Shown here: positions 18,312 to 28,976 of the stretch, piece by piece
How the letters are laid out: each line of letters begins with the position of its first letter
Numbering within the stretch: position 1 is the stretch's first letter
From: a virus
Length of the DNA stretch: 64,000 nucleotides
IMG/VR virus record: IMGVR_UViG_3300046168_000070
Coordinates: 1 to 64,000 of that record
Reading direction: 5' to 3' (one strand)
Position numbers and translations under genes: made by a program
The notes under the pieces: model-generated
Database searches by the model: none
The model's input: only the letters and a program-made list of their open reading frames with translations
What the model was told of the DNA's origin: nothing

Positions 18312-20869
18312 AATTTAAAGAAAACTTTTCCAACTACGATGACTGTATTGATCCAGGAGTAAAACTCCCCGAGATCAATATCACTTTGAAACAAAAAAAA
18401 GAGCTTAAATGTAAACCTGACTGTTCAAACCTAGACTACCTTAAAGCTTTGTGCTGGAAGGGGGTCAGGGACAAAGGTGTAGACAAACTCAAGAACAAGC
18501 AAGACTATTATGACAGAGCTAAAACAGAGTTAGAAATTCTAGACAAGCTTGGGTTCGTTGATTACATTTTATTAAATTGGGACATTCTTAATTATTGTCA
18601 CGAAAACGATATCCCAACAGGCCCAGGCAGAGGGTCGGCTGCAGGATCTTTGGTTCTTTTTTTAATCAGAGTAACTAATATTGATCCTGTTAAATATGAT
18701 TTATTTTTTGAGAGGTTTGTAAGTGAGAGTCGAGCTAAGAAAATTGAAAAAAATGGAGTCACGTATTTAGATGGCAGCTTATTAGCAGATATTGATAATG
18801 ATATTTCCTACGAAAGAAGAAAAGACGTTATTTCTTATATAGAAAACAGATTCCCAGGCAGAACCGCTAAGATTTTAACACTAAATACATTAAGCGGAAA
18901 ACTTTGTATTAAAGAATGTGGCAAAATTGTAAAAGAATTATCCGAACAAGACGTAAATTTAGTTAGCTCTTATATACCTAAAAGATTTGGCGAAGTAGCT
19001 CCTTTAAGAGATGCCTATAATGAATCTCAAAAATTTAAAGAATGGGTAGATTCTAATGAAAAAATATTCAAAATTGCAAAGAAAATAGAAGGTTTAAATA
19101 AAAATACTGGAGTCCATCCTTCAGGTATAGCAATTTGCCATCAAGATATTAGTAGAGCTTGTCCCATCCAAAAGACTAATGACGGAGCTCTTGTTACAGG
19201 ATATGATATGAATTGGGTGGCAGAGTTAATGGTTAAATTCGATATCTTAGGATTGAGAACACTGACAGTTATTCATGACACTTGTAAGCAGTTAAATATT
19301 TCCCCAGAAAGTATTGATCTAAATTCAAAAGCAATTTTTAAACCACTCAAGAATCTAGAAAACCCACATGGCTTATTTCAAATCGAAGCCGACACAAACT
19401 TTCGGGTGTGTAGAAAAATTAAGCCCTCAAGCCTAGAGGAGCTCAGTGCTGTTGTTGCCATTGCTCGTCCAGGAGCTCTAGAGTTCATGGATAATTATTC
19501 GGACTATACTCGAACAGGTGACTTTCAAAGTGTTCATCCATTTTTTGATGAAGTATTGAATTATACAGGCGGTATACCTCTTTACCAAGAACAATTAATG
19601 AAAATGGCCGTTAAAGTCGGATTCACTCTTGATGAAGCAGAGCAGCTAAGGAGAATAGTTGGAAAAAAGAAAGTTAAAGAGATGCCTCAATGGAAGTCTA
19701 AAATTTCAGAAAAAATTCGAGAGAAGAATTTAGATGAAGAAATTGGAGAAGTTTTGTGGAAGGTCGCAGAAGATAGTGCAAATTACTCTTTTAATAAATC
19801 TCATTCTATATCCTATGCAACTCTTGCAGCATGGACAGTTTATTTAAAATTTAAGCACCCAAAACAATTCTTCTTAAGCCTTTTAAAGATGACGGAATAC
19901 GAACCATCTCCACAAGAAGAAATAAGTAAAGTTTCTAGAGAATTAAGCTTTTTCAACATACAACTTTTACAACCTGATTTAATAAGATCAAATATGGAAT
20001 TCTCTATAGAGAAAGATAATATAAGATTTGGATTAAATAGTATTAAAGGGGTAAGTAATAAGTCTTTAGCTAATATCAACTCTTTCATTAAAGAAAACGA
20101 AAATACTTCTAATAAGTTTGAGTTATTTTTATGCGCAAAAGAATGCGGAATTAATATTGGAATATTATGTGGTTTAATCCAGGCAGGGGCTTTGCATACA
20201 GAAAATAAATCCAGAGCTCGCACAGTACTTGAAGCACAAGCCTTCAATATTTTAACAGATAGAGAAAAGCGTTTATTCACACAAATCGGCTCTGACTTTG
20301 ATTACGACATACTAACTGCAGTATCAACATGTATATCAAAAAACCTCCTCGGAGACAATGGAAAACCAATTATGTCGGAAAAAAGATTTCAAACCTTTAA
20401 GACTAAACTATCTCCATATAAAGAGATTTATGAAAAAAACAAGTCTTACGAACAGTTTGCTAATTGGTATTTTGAAACAAAGTTGTTGGGTTACAGCTAT
20501 TCTACAACTCTACAAAAAGTATTCAGTACGGACAAAAACAGGTTTTACAACACCTATGAGCATTCAACTTTTCAAAAAGGCGAAAGAGTAAAAATGGTAT
20601 GTGTAGTAGAAGATGTTTTATCTGGAGTGAGTCGGAATGGAAATAAATATATCAAATTATCTTTACATGACGAAATCGGCTCAGTCCAAGCAATGATAGG
20701 TGATTTTAGAACTCCTAATTTAACTAAATATAAAGATTCTGGAGGAGTCACTCCTAAAAAAGATAATATTATTGTTATAGTAGGAGAAAAGAGTGATGAC
20801 ATAATATTTGTAGATCGAATGTCTATAATGGACGACAAGATTTACATGAAACTTAGTGATTTAAAATAG
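18293..20869 (+). CDS. dnaE: DNA polymerase III alpha core (DnaE, lacking most of the PHP domain)
   Basis: GPGRGSAAGSL, LFFERF, ADIDND, GVHPSG, VKFDILGL, YQEQLM, YSFNKSHS and a C-terminal OB fold. Confidence 0.95.
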   Translation: MANRYLKFKENFSNYDDCIDPGVKLPEINITLKQKKELKCKPDCSNLDYLKALCWKGVRDKGVDKLKNKQDYYDRAKTELEILDKLGFVDYILLNWDILNYCHENDIPTGPGRGSAAGSLVLFLIRVTNIDPVKYDLFFERFVSESRAKKIEKNGVTYLDGSLLADIDNDISYERRKDVISYIENRFPGRTAKILTLNTLSGKLCIKECGKIVKELSEQDVNLVSSYIPKRFGEVAPLRDAYNESQKFKEWVDSNEKIFKIAKKIEGLNKNTGVHPSGIAICHQDISRACPIQKTNDGALVTGYDMNWVAELMVKFDILGLRTLTVIHDTCKQLNISPESIDLNSKAIFKPLKNLENPHGLFQIEADTNFRVCRKIKPSSLEELSAVVAIARPGALEFMDNYSDYTRTGDFQSVHPFFDEVLNYTGGIPLYQEQLMKMAVKVGFTLDEAEQLRRIVGKKKVKEMPQWKSKISEKIREKNLDEEIGEVLWKVAEDSANYSFNKSHSISYATLAAWTVYLKFKHPKQFFLSLLKMTEYEPSPQEEISKVSRELSFFNIQLLQPDLIRSNMEFSIEKDNIRFGLNSIKGVSNKSLANINSFIKENENTSNKFELFLCAKECGINIGILCGLIQAGALHTENKSRARTVLEAQAFNILTDREKRLFTQIGSDFDYDILTAVSTCISKNLLGDNGKPIMSEKRFQTFKTKLSPYKEIYEKNKSYEQFANWYFETKLLGYSYSTTLQKVFSTDKNRFYNTYEHSTFQKGERVKMVCVVEDVLSGVSRNGNKYIKLSLHDEIGSVQAMIGDFRTPNLTKYKDSGGVTPKKDNIIVIVGEKSDDIIFVDRMSIMDDKIYMKLSDLK

Positions 20870-20870
20870 A

Positions 20871-20876
20871 GTGTAA
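20871..20876 (+). promoter_or_regulatory. GTGTAA element upstream of clpC
   Basis: 16 nt before ATG 20893. Confidence 0.55.
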
Positions 20877-20892
20877 TATATAATAATATATC

Positions 20893-23340
20893 ATGAACGC
20901 AGAACCCCAAGCTAATTTTACGCCAAGATGCCAAGCCATCATAAATGAATCTAAAAAATTATGCTCTAAACTAAGGCATGATTCAGTAGAGCCAATTCAT
21001 TTATTTTCTTGTATTCTTAGTAATCAATTTAGCGTAATACCTGATTTATTGGCTACTTATTCTATTAGCATTGACGAAGCTATTACCTGTGTTTCGGCAA
21101 ATCTTCAAAAAGTAAAACCAATAGATAGGAATAGCACTTTCAATATACATTTCTCCAAAGACTGTAAAGAGGTTATATTTTCAGCTATTGAAATTTCAGA
21201 GCAGCTGTTGCATCCTTATGTTGGGGTAGAGCACTTATTAATATCAATACTAGAGCAAAAAGACCCCCTAACTTCTGCAGTTTTAGAATCTCTTGAAATT
21301 AACTATAAAGAGTTTCACGTTCTTTTACATAATCAGTTATTTTTAGCCTCAGGAGTTGATAATATCGGATGGAGCCCTAGTCAATCATCAGTTAACCAAG
21401 AAAGCTCTGCAAGCGCCAAGCATAAATCCCAATCATCCTATCCCGCAATTGAGAAATATTGTAAAAATTTAAATAAAGTTGCAGAACAAGATGGGTTCGC
21501 TAAGTTAGTTAGTAAAGATGCAGAACTTAAAGTTCTATGTGAAATACTTTGTAGAAAAAATAAAAATAATCCTATACTGCTAGGAGAGCCAGGGGTTGGT
21601 AAAACTGCCATTATTGAAGGTTTAGCTTCGTCAATAGTAAATCAAACTTGCCCAAATATTCTATTAAATAAAAGTATATTTTCCCTAGATCTAGGGCTGT
21701 TAGTCGCTGGCACAAAGTACAGAGGTCAATTTGAAGAACGTCTCAAAAAATTATTAAATGAGTTTAAGAATTTCAAAAACTCTATCTTATTTATAGATGA
21801 AATACACACTATTATCGGGGCAGGTGGTGCAGAAGGATCAATGGATGCCTGTAACATACTAAAGCCAGCCTTAGCTAGGGGCGAAGTCTCTTGCATCGGG
21901 GCCACCACTTTGTCTGAATACAAAAAAACTATCAGGAAAGATGGAGCTCTGTCTAGAAGATTTCATCCTATTAAAGTAAATGAGCCTTCCACAGAAGAGA
22001 CTCTTAAAATCCTCAAAGGCATTAGCCCGTTCTACGAAAAATACCACAAAGTTAAGTACCGAGATGAAGCTTTAACTTATTGCGTTAACCTAGCCGAAAA
22101 ATATGTAAATGAAGGAAATTTTCCAGACAAGGCTATAGATATTCTAGATCATGCAGGATCAAAATGTAAAATTAAAAACTTCAATATACCTGACGCTATA
22201 AAAGACTTAGAAAAAACTATATCAGAGAGAATAGATTCCACCTCCTATCTCCATAATGGATCTATGACAGGAGACCTTGAAGAACTTTTCGAAAAGTATG
22301 AGTCAATGCTGAAAGAGTGGGACAAAGATTATGAAAAAAATTTACCTATAATTTCTAAAAAAGAAATACTTGATATAGTTTCTGAAAAGTGCAATGTATC
22401 AATAAAAGATATGGATGAATCTACCGTAGAAAAAGCTAAATCATTAAATAGGTTTTTGTCCAGGAAATTAATTAACCAGAAAGATGCAATAAAATCTTTG
22501 TCTAATTGCTTAAAGCGTAATTTATGTGGGTTAAAAGAGCCCAATAAACCTTTGGGATCATTTTTATTTTTAGGGTCTACAGGAGTGGGTAAAACTTATC
22601 TTTCAAAACTTCTTTCATCTCACTTATTTCAATCAAAAGATTCTTTTATTTCGATAGATATGTCAGAATACTCTGAAAAAAATTCAATATCTAAATTTAT
22701 AGGATCAGCTCCTGGTTATGTAGGCTATGAAGAAGGAGGAGGGCTAGTTGAAAAATTGAGAGCAAACCCTCATGCAGTTGTTCTTTTTGACGAGATAGAA
22801 AAAGCTCATCCCGATGTCTTGAATATCCTATTGCAAATTCTAGAAGAGGGATCTTTAACTGATAATACTGGATATTCTGCAGATTTCTCGAAGTCTATTG
22901 TTATTGCGACTAGCAATATCGGCTCTGAAAAAATAATAGAAAATAAATCATTAGGTTTTATGTCTTCTCCAGAAAGTGCAGAGTCTTTGGCTATTAAAGA
23001 TTTAGAAAAATCAATGAGGCCAGAACTAATCAATAGGTTCGATGAAATTATAGTATTCAATCAATTGAAGGACGATGACTTTAAATCAATTATAAATATA
23101 GAAATATCTAAAATTAAATCAATGCTTAAGCATTCTAAAATACAAATCAATGTAGACGAAAAAGCTTTAGAGTATTTATATAATTTAAATTTTGATAAAA
23201 AATATGGAGCAAGATTTATATCAAGAACATTAAAAAACGAGCTACAAAACCCTCTATCTGACTTTATACTTAAAAATTACCAACAAAAGAAAATCAATAT
23301 TACCACTACGAAAAATGGAAGAGGAATTAAACTATATTAA
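20893..23340 (+). CDS. clpC: ClpC/ClpA-type Hsp100 AAA+ unfoldase
   Basis: Two Clp-N repeats, [14 protein letters not shown] and [15 protein letters not shown], short middle domain, ClpP-docking LGF loop at 22951-22959. Confidence 0.9.
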   Translation: MNAEPQANFTPRCQAIINESKKLCSKLRHDSVEPIHLFSCILSNQFSVIPDLLATYSISIDEAITCVSANLQKVKPIDRNSTFNIHFSKDCKEVIFSAIEISEQLLHPYVGVEHLLISILEQKDPLTSAVLESLEINYKEFHVLLHNQLFLASGVDNIGWSPSQSSVNQESSASAKHKSQSSYPAIEKYCKNLNKVAEQDGFAKLVSKDAELKVLCEILCRKNKNNPILLGEPGVGKTAIIEGLASSIVNQTCPNILLNKSIFSLDLGLLVAGTKYRGQFEERLKKLLNEFKNFKNSILFIDEIHTIIGAGGAEGSMDACNILKPALARGEVSCIGATTLSEYKKTIRKDGALSRRFHPIKVNEPSTEETLKILKGISPFYEKYHKVKYRDEALTYCVNLAEKYVNEGNFPDKAIDILDHAGSKCKIKNFNIPDAIKDLEKTISERIDSTSYLHNGSMTGDLEELFEKYESMLKEWDKDYEKNLPIISKKEILDIVSEKCNVSIKDMDESTVEKAKSLNRFLSRKLINQKDAIKSLSNCLKRNLCGLKEPNKPLGSFLFLGSTGVGKTYLSKLLSSHLFQSKDSFISIDMSEYSEKNSISKFIGSAPGYVGYEEGGGLVEKLRANPHAVVLFDEIEKAHPDVLNILLQILEEGSLTDNTGYSADFSKSIVIATSNIGSEKIIENKSLGFMSSPESAESLAIKDLEKSMRPELINRFDEIIVFNQLKDDDFKSIINIEISKIKSMLKHSKIQINVDEKALEYLYNLNFDKKYGARFISRTLKNELQNPLSDFILKNYQQKKINITTTKNGRGIKLY

Positions 23341-24472
23341 AACATTTCAAGAGGAGTATGAACCAGACTCCCATAATTTTGTAAATGAATATTTCGAAAT
23401 ATTTAAGTCAAACTTTGAAAATAACGAGCTACCTAAAGAAATTAGATTTTTAGACGAACAAGGTTTCAGAATTTCTGCGCCTACCACCAATAAAACTTAT
23501 CTTACAGTTTTCTTTTCGAAACCCGAAAAACCTTCATATCTGGGTAAATTTTCCCTAGTATCAGATGGGGCAGATATTAAAAAAGAATCAGTTATATTAA
23601 AAAGTCTTAAAGATTTAGATGTTTCTCCTGAACTTTTATACTATGGAGAACTACAAAATGGCTCTGACGTAAATTTTTTGTTTACTACCGTAGAAGGTGT
23701 TAATAACAATTTAAATGGAACAAATCCTGATTTTTGGTGGGCAAATCATAAAGAAATTTTACTAGAGAGATTACTATTACTGCACAAACTAAAAAATAAC
23801 ATATCCGTTTCGCGGTATGAAGATATTTTTATTTCCGATTTTTTCGAAAACGTTTTGTTTGAAGAAGAAAATTTATTTGATTTTGTTTTTCAGTCAGACT
23901 CGGATCCCGCTTTTTATGATTTCATTTTAAAATGTAAAGATAGCTGCTTGGATATATGTTCGAAATTAGATAAGAAGGAATTTGTTCTGTGCCATAATAA
24001 TTTATGCAAGTCTTCTGTTTTGTTTGAGCCAAACTCAAAAGAGAAATTTAAATTTATAAATTTTCATAAATCGATAATAGCTCCTCCTGCTATTGATTTA
24101 CTGTCAATATATCACAGGCTATCTCTAGAAGAAGATGACTACCATAGTAGCTTCTCAAGAGATAGCTTCTCTGAAATTAAAAAAGTTTATGAAAAAATTG
24201 CTGGAGTTGAAATTGACTTTTCTGTTGATATTAGGTTCTTAAATACAGTTCAAAGAATTTTATTACTCATTTATGAAAATAATTTTCCGCCAGTCGCCTT
24301 ATTTCAATCAAATGCATTGTTAAAATTCCGATCTAGAAGCTCTGAATTAAAATACCTCAAGGACAGGTTTTTAAATATTATTCAATCTCCAGAATTTTCT
24401 CATAAAAAACAATTTGAATATATTCAAAACGCGGACGATATCCCTCTGCAAGAATTACTTTTATACGGTTAA
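23315..24472 (+). CDS. APH/choline-kinase-like phosphotransferase, apparently catalytically degenerate
   Basis: KESVILKSL...SPELLYY; LCHNNL at the HxDL position and FINF at the IDF position. Confidence 0.55.
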   Translation: MEEELNYIKTFQEEYEPDSHNFVNEYFEIFKSNFENNELPKEIRFLDEQGFRISAPTTNKTYLTVFFSKPEKPSYLGKFSLVSDGADIKKESVILKSLKDLDVSPELLYYGELQNGSDVNFLFTTVEGVNNNLNGTNPDFWWANHKEILLERLLLLHKLKNNISVSRYEDIFISDFFENVLFEEENLFDFVFQSDSDPAFYDFILKCKDSCLDICSKLDKKEFVLCHNNLCKSSVLFEPNSKEKFKFINFHKSIIAPPAIDLLSIYHRLSLEEDDYHSSFSRDSFSEIKKVYEKIAGVEIDFSVDIRFLNTVQRILLLIYENNFPPVALFQSNALLKFRSRSSELKYLKDRFLNIIQSPEFSHKKQFEYIQNADDIPLQELLLYG

Positions 24473-24512
24473 TTATGTATTGAATTTTTTATATTTCTAT
24501 ATATAATAATTC

Positions 24513-25082
24513 ATGAGCATAGCCCTTTATAAACCAAACAGTAAAAATACTGGAACTGCAGTTAATTTAAGAATTGGCTCAGGCAAATATAATGTACCTG
24601 CCCTTTACATAGGCGCAATTCAACAGCATAGCTGGGACGACTCTAGAAAGCTAGGCTCTTTTAGCGAGAATGCAAAAAACCCTGACAAAACAATCAATAT
24701 TAAGTTAAACGAATTTGAGTGTGGCGAAATCTTAAACTCAATAAAGGATCGGGTGGAGTATTCAACTTTTCATAAATTTGATGATAACCAAACAGTGATT
24801 AAATTCACACCATGGGACAAGCAAAGAAAAATTTCTAAATACAATCCTAAAAGCAAAACTTTCGATGAAACAAGCGTTACAGTAAGCGCCTTCGGTTTAA
24901 CAATTACAAGAAATGGGAATCAAAGTTTTAAAATTTCAATTGAGCCAGGAGAAGTTAGGGTAATTGAAGAGTTTTTAAAAAATTATTTGATTGATTTCTT
25001 TAAATCAAAAGCAGAAAATTTAGATAAAAATAAATCATCCGCTACTCCAACTGAAAATTTATCTGAAGATCCTCCTTTTTAA
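24513..25082 (+). CDS. Putative Whirly-like ssDNA-binding protein
   Basis: Two beta-sheet/helix repeats ending KLNEFECGEIL and SIEPGEVRVI; acidic C-terminus SEDPPF. Confidence 0.45.
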   Translation: MSIALYKPNSKNTGTAVNLRIGSGKYNVPALYIGAIQQHSWDDSRKLGSFSENAKNPDKTINIKLNEFECGEILNSIKDRVEYSTFHKFDDNQTVIKFTPWDKQRKISKYNPKSKTFDETSVTVSAFGLTITRNGNQSFKISIEPGEVRVIEEFLKNYLIDFFKSKAENLDKNKSSATPTENLSEDPPF

Positions 25083-25750
25083 TGAAGAAAGTTCTAATTC
25101 ACAGCAATCACTCAAAAGCCTTTACAGGTTTCGGCAAACATACTAAAAATTTATTAATCTTTTTGCAAAAGACAGGTAAGTATGAATTAATAGAGTTTGC
25201 TAACGGTAGAAAGTGGTCAGACCCTACTTTATCTAAAATGCCATGGAAAACATATGGCTCTGCGCCTGATAGCGATATAGCTACTCAAAAAGCCTCAAGA
25301 GACCCCAAGTTAAAACGTCAACTAGGTTACGGGGGCATCATGATAGACGAAGTTATAGAAAAAGAAAAACCTGATGTTTACATAGGGATAGAAGATATAT
25401 GGGCCTTTAGTGGCTACTGGGAAAAGCCTTGGTGGGATAAAATTAATCATGCAGTTTGGACAACCCTTGACAGTTTACCTATTCTACCTGAAGCAGTTAG
25501 CGCTGCTCCTAGAATTAAAAACTATTTTGTTTGGGCTTCTTTTGCGGAAAAGGCTATGAAAGAGCTTGGGCACGGTCACGTCAAAATGATAAGAGGTTCT
25601 TTAGAAACAAATCAATTTTTTAAATTAAATAAAAATGATAAGCTAAAACTAAGGTCTGCATTCGGTATAGACGAAAAAGAATTCATTATAGGCTTTGTAT
25701 TTAGAAACCAACTCCGCAAAAGCGTTCCCAATCTATTAGATGGTTTTTAA
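25082..25750 (+). CDS. GT4-like glycosyltransferase, N-terminal part (frameshifted)
   Basis: KVLIHSN...TGFG and IIGFVFRNQLRKSVPNL; continues in the +1 frame at 25749. Confidence 0.8.
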   Translation: MKKVLIHSNHSKAFTGFGKHTKNLLIFLQKTGKYELIEFANGRKWSDPTLSKMPWKTYGSAPDSDIATQKASRDPKLKRQLGYGGIMIDEVIEKEKPDVYIGIEDIWAFSGYWEKPWWDKINHAVWTTLDSLPILPEAVSAAPRIKNYFVWASFAEKAMKELGHGHVKMIRGSLETNQFFKLNKNDKLKLRSAFGIDEKEFIIGFVFRNQLRKSVPNLLDGF

Positions 25751-26993
25751 AATATTCAGAGATAAAAATCCTGAATCCAAAGCTAAGCTTTTACTGCACA
25801 CAAACTGGTCAGAAGGCTGGGACATTCCTAGGCTTTTAAAAGAGAAGGAAATAGACCCATCATTAGTTTTAACCACTTACTATTGCTCTAAATGTAAAAA
25901 TTATGAAGTCAAAACATTTGTAGGTCAACAACAAAATTGTAAGTTTTGTGGTTCAGAAAAAACACAAAATACTACTAGTGTTAATGCTGGTGTGTCAGAA
26001 GATCAATTAAATCAAGTTTATAATTTAATGGATGTCTATTGTCACCCTTTTACATCTGGCGGGCAAGAGATTCCGATTCAAGAAGCTAAATTAACTGAAT
26101 TAATTACTTTAGTAACTAACTATAGTTGCGGGGAAGACTGTTGTACTGAAGAAAGTGGAGGTTTGCCACTCAACTGGAAAGAATATCGAGAGCCTGGCAC
26201 ACAATTTATTAAAGCTACCACAGATCCTTTCAGTATTTATAAACAATTAAATAAAGTTTATAAAATGAATGAAAAAGACTTAGAGCAAAAAGGTAAAATT
26301 GCCCGTGAGTTTGTCTTAAAAAACTTTTCAATAGAAGTCATAGGAAGGCAAGTAGAAGAGTTTATTGATTCTTGTCCTGAAATTGAATATAATTTTGACA
26401 TCAAGCCTCATAACAAAAAAAGAAACAACAATTATCCATTACAAAAAATAGAAGATAATCTAGAATGGCTTATAGATCTCTATAAAAATATTTTAATAAG
26501 AGATGTTGATGAAAACGATGACGGTATCAAGCATTGGATGGCAAAGATACAGCAGGGAGGCTCAAGAGAAAGTATTCACAACTACTTCATTTCGGTAGCA
26601 AATAAAGAAAACCAAGAAATTGTGGATTCTCTTGATAGGATCCTACGAGAAGATACTTCTAAAAAAATTGCTATAGTTGTAAATGAAAACGCTACAGAAA
26701 CATTTCTCTGCACATCCTTACTACCTTCAATAAAGAGACTGTACGCAGATCATAATATATATTTCTTTGCCCCTGAAAATAGCCTAGATATACTTAAGGG
26801 TAATCCTCATATATATAAAAGCCTACCCGTCTCGGAAGATCTTTTTGATTGTATTTCTCTGGAAAAGAAAAGGGAAGGCGAGAATTTCTTTGATGTAGTC
26901 TATTATCCATCAGATGCTTCTTCAGGAGCATTTCGTTATTGTCATCAAGGAAGAGATAAAATAGAATATAAAACAGAATATGCACATACTTGA
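25740..26993 (+). CDS. GT4-like glycosyltransferase C-terminal part + DUF4214-like + GT9-like segment
   Basis: DVYCHPFTSGGQEIPIQEA (GT4 E-x7-E), CxxC...CxxC insert, LYKNILIRDVD...W...GGSR. Confidence 0.75.
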   Translation: MVFKIFRDKNPESKAKLLLHTNWSEGWDIPRLLKEKEIDPSLVLTTYYCSKCKNYEVKTFVGQQQNCKFCGSEKTQNTTSVNAGVSEDQLNQVYNLMDVYCHPFTSGGQEIPIQEAKLTELITLVTNYSCGEDCCTEESGGLPLNWKEYREPGTQFIKATTDPFSIYKQLNKVYKMNEKDLEQKGKIAREFVLKNFSIEVIGRQVEEFIDSCPEIEYNFDIKPHNKKRNNNYPLQKIEDNLEWLIDLYKNILIRDVDENDDGIKHWMAKIQQGGSRESIHNYFISVANKENQEIVDSLDRILREDTSKKIAIVVNENATETFLCTSLLPSIKRLYADHNIYFFAPENSLDILKGNPHIYKSLPVSEDLFDCISLEKKREGENFFDVVYYPSDASSGAFRYCHQGRDKIEYKTEYAHT

Positions 26994-28143
26994 ACACTTT
27001 TCTCTTAATTGCGGAATTAAATCTGCAGAGGCATTCATCCAGGAAGACTTTATCCCAGTAGCTTGTGATAAGTTTATATGTATTAATAATGACCATTCTA
27101 TCAGTTCATTTAATTATTCTTATTGGTCTGACGTATTTGATATAATCAAACCTTATCTTGACAAATCTAATATTAAAATCATCCAAATAGGTTCACCCAA
27201 AGACCAACTACTACCAAGCTGTGAAGATTTCCGACATATACAGACTAGACATCAAGGGGCTTATATAATTAATAGATCTGAATTATTCATAGGTTCTGAC
27301 ATTTTTTATTCAAACATTGCATCGCATTTTAACACTCCAGGAGTGCTTTTATTCGGGCCGATCCCTCCCTCCTGCACCGCGCCCTTCTGGAACAAGGATA
27401 AATTTGATATTTTGTGTGAAACAGAAAAATTTTCTTATTCCTCTAAAGAGTTAGAGAAATCAATTGATCAAATCAAGCCTGAAGATATAGCAAACGCTAT
27501 ACTTAAAAGGCTGAAAATTCCATTTGAAAGCGATCAAAATACACAATTTATAGGTCAACTTTATGACAACAAAATTTTTGAAGTAATACCTAATTTTTCG
27601 CCGAACCCTGATTTTCTGAAAAATTCATTTATTACAATTAGAGCGGACTATGAAGAATCAGATGACCATATTCCTTCTTGGGCTTCAGGTCGTAAGGTCA
27701 ATTTGATTACAGATAGAAAGATAGATTTAAATTTAATTAATGCCATTAAAAGTTCTTTGCAGGTTATCCATTTTCAAATACCAGATGATTGTAGTGAAGA
27801 AGTTATCTCAGAAAATCAACAGTATTTTAAAACTATTAAAAAATTTGGCATAAACATTAGTTTATTCAGAAAAACAACTGAGTTTATAGAAAAACTTAGA
27901 TTGCACTATTTTGACTGGAATGTTGAAGTTTTATCTCAAAAGAAACCTGGCGATGATGTTTTAAACAATAAAGATCTGTTTTTTTATTCTGGCAAACTGA
28001 TCTTTTCAAATGGGAAAAAATACCCTTCCATTGAGCATGCCGTAAACGACGTAGAAAGTTCTACTGGAGTAAATAAAATCATAGATAGCGATTTATTTTG
28101 GTCAGAATCAGATCATTATAGAATTATTTCAAAAAGTAATTGA
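26980..28143 (+). CDS. GT9 (heptosyltransferase)-like protein
   Basis: YSYWSDV...IIQIG...LFIGSDIFYSNIASHFNTPGVLLFGP. Confidence 0.65.
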   Translation: MHILEHFSLNCGIKSAEAFIQEDFIPVACDKFICINNDHSISSFNYSYWSDVFDIIKPYLDKSNIKIIQIGSPKDQLLPSCEDFRHIQTRHQGAYIINRSELFIGSDIFYSNIASHFNTPGVLLFGPIPPSCTAPFWNKDKFDILCETEKFSYSSKELEKSIDQIKPEDIANAILKRLKIPFESDQNTQFIGQLYDNKIFEVIPNFSPNPDFLKNSFITIRADYEESDDHIPSWASGRKVNLITDRKIDLNLINAIKSSLQVIHFQIPDDCSEEVISENQQYFKTIKKFGINISLFRKTTEFIEKLRLHYFDWNVEVLSQKKPGDDVLNNKDLFFYSGKLIFSNGKKYPSIEHAVNDVESSTGVNKIIDSDLFWSESDHYRIISKSN

Positions 28144-28168
28144 CTTAGTTTATAATATATGTTATTAT
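28140..28168 (+). promoter_or_regulatory. Sigma70-like promoter (extended -10)
   Basis: TTGACT-17 bp-TATTAT preceded by TG. Confidence 0.7.
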
Positions 28169-28177
28169 ATATAAACA

Positions 28178-28966
28178 ATGAAAAAAACAACTAAGCAAAC
28201 AAAAATAGATAACAGCTCTGGTCCAAATCTTTATGCTAGAGACGAAAACGGATTACTACAAAACCATCAATATGAATTTAATGACGATGGCTCAATCAAT
28301 TGGAGAGCCATGATTAAAGATGAGCATTTATTTCCAAATAGATCTTGGTTTCAAACTAGAGGAAAAGATTATCCTAAAACTATAGAAGGTCTCGCGGATC
28401 ACCAACTTTTAATAAAATTAAGTGGCATAAAAGAACTAGCTAAACTCAGAGGATTTTCTTCGGTTAACTATAAAACTGTAAAATGCGAAGAAGACCATGT
28501 AGCTGTATCTTGTTCGATTACTTTTCTAGCCAACTATGAAACCAACAATGAGCCTATTGTGTTTGAGGATATGGCTAATGCAACACTGAACAATACTAGC
28601 AGCTTCGCAACTAAATTTCTAGAAACAATCGCTTGTAATAGATCATTTGTGCGCTGCGTTAGAAACTTTTTAAATGTCCATATTGTCGGAGATGACGAAA
28701 TCGATAAATCAAACAATACTCAGCAGAATCTTACCCAGAGAGAAACTGAAGCGCAGTCAAATTCAGACATCTCTCCTGCTGGAATACTCGCTAGCCTAGC
28801 AAAAGATAAATTTGGCATCAATAACTATAGCGACTTCAAAAGCAAACTTCGGGAATTGTGGCAAAATGATTTGTATAAAAATGCTGACACTAAAAATTGG
28901 TCAGACTTTTCAGACATTCCTCCTAAAGAAGCGAGAGCTCTACTCAAAGCGCTACACTCATCTTAA
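28178..28966 (+). CDS. Rad52/Sak-like single-strand annealing protein
   Basis: LSGIKELAKLRG...VSCSITF...FLETIACNRSFVRCVRNFL. Confidence 0.5.
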   Translation: MKKTTKQTKIDNSSGPNLYARDENGLLQNHQYEFNDDGSINWRAMIKDEHLFPNRSWFQTRGKDYPKTIEGLADHQLLIKLSGIKELAKLRGFSSVNYKTVKCEEDHVAVSCSITFLANYETNNEPIVFEDMANATLNNTSSFATKFLETIACNRSFVRCVRNFLNVHIVGDDEIDKSNNTQQNLTQRETEAQSNSDISPAGILASLAKDKFGINNYSDFKSKLRELWQNDLYKNADTKNWSDFSDIPPKEARALLKALHSS

Positions 28967-28970
28967 TTAG

Positions 28971-28976
28971 GTGTAA
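28971..28976 (+). promoter_or_regulatory. GTGTAA element upstream of tmRNA
   Basis: 26 nt before the predicted mature 5' end. Confidence 0.5.

Noticed and set aside
9930-20869. Inteins or group I introns in recA, dnaB or dnaE
   Set aside because: Protein lengths are ordinary, conserved motifs are contiguous, and no C/S...HN splice or LAGLIDADG motifs were noticed
20893-23340. ClpB disaggregase
   Set aside because: The middle domain is short and an LGF ClpP-binding loop is present
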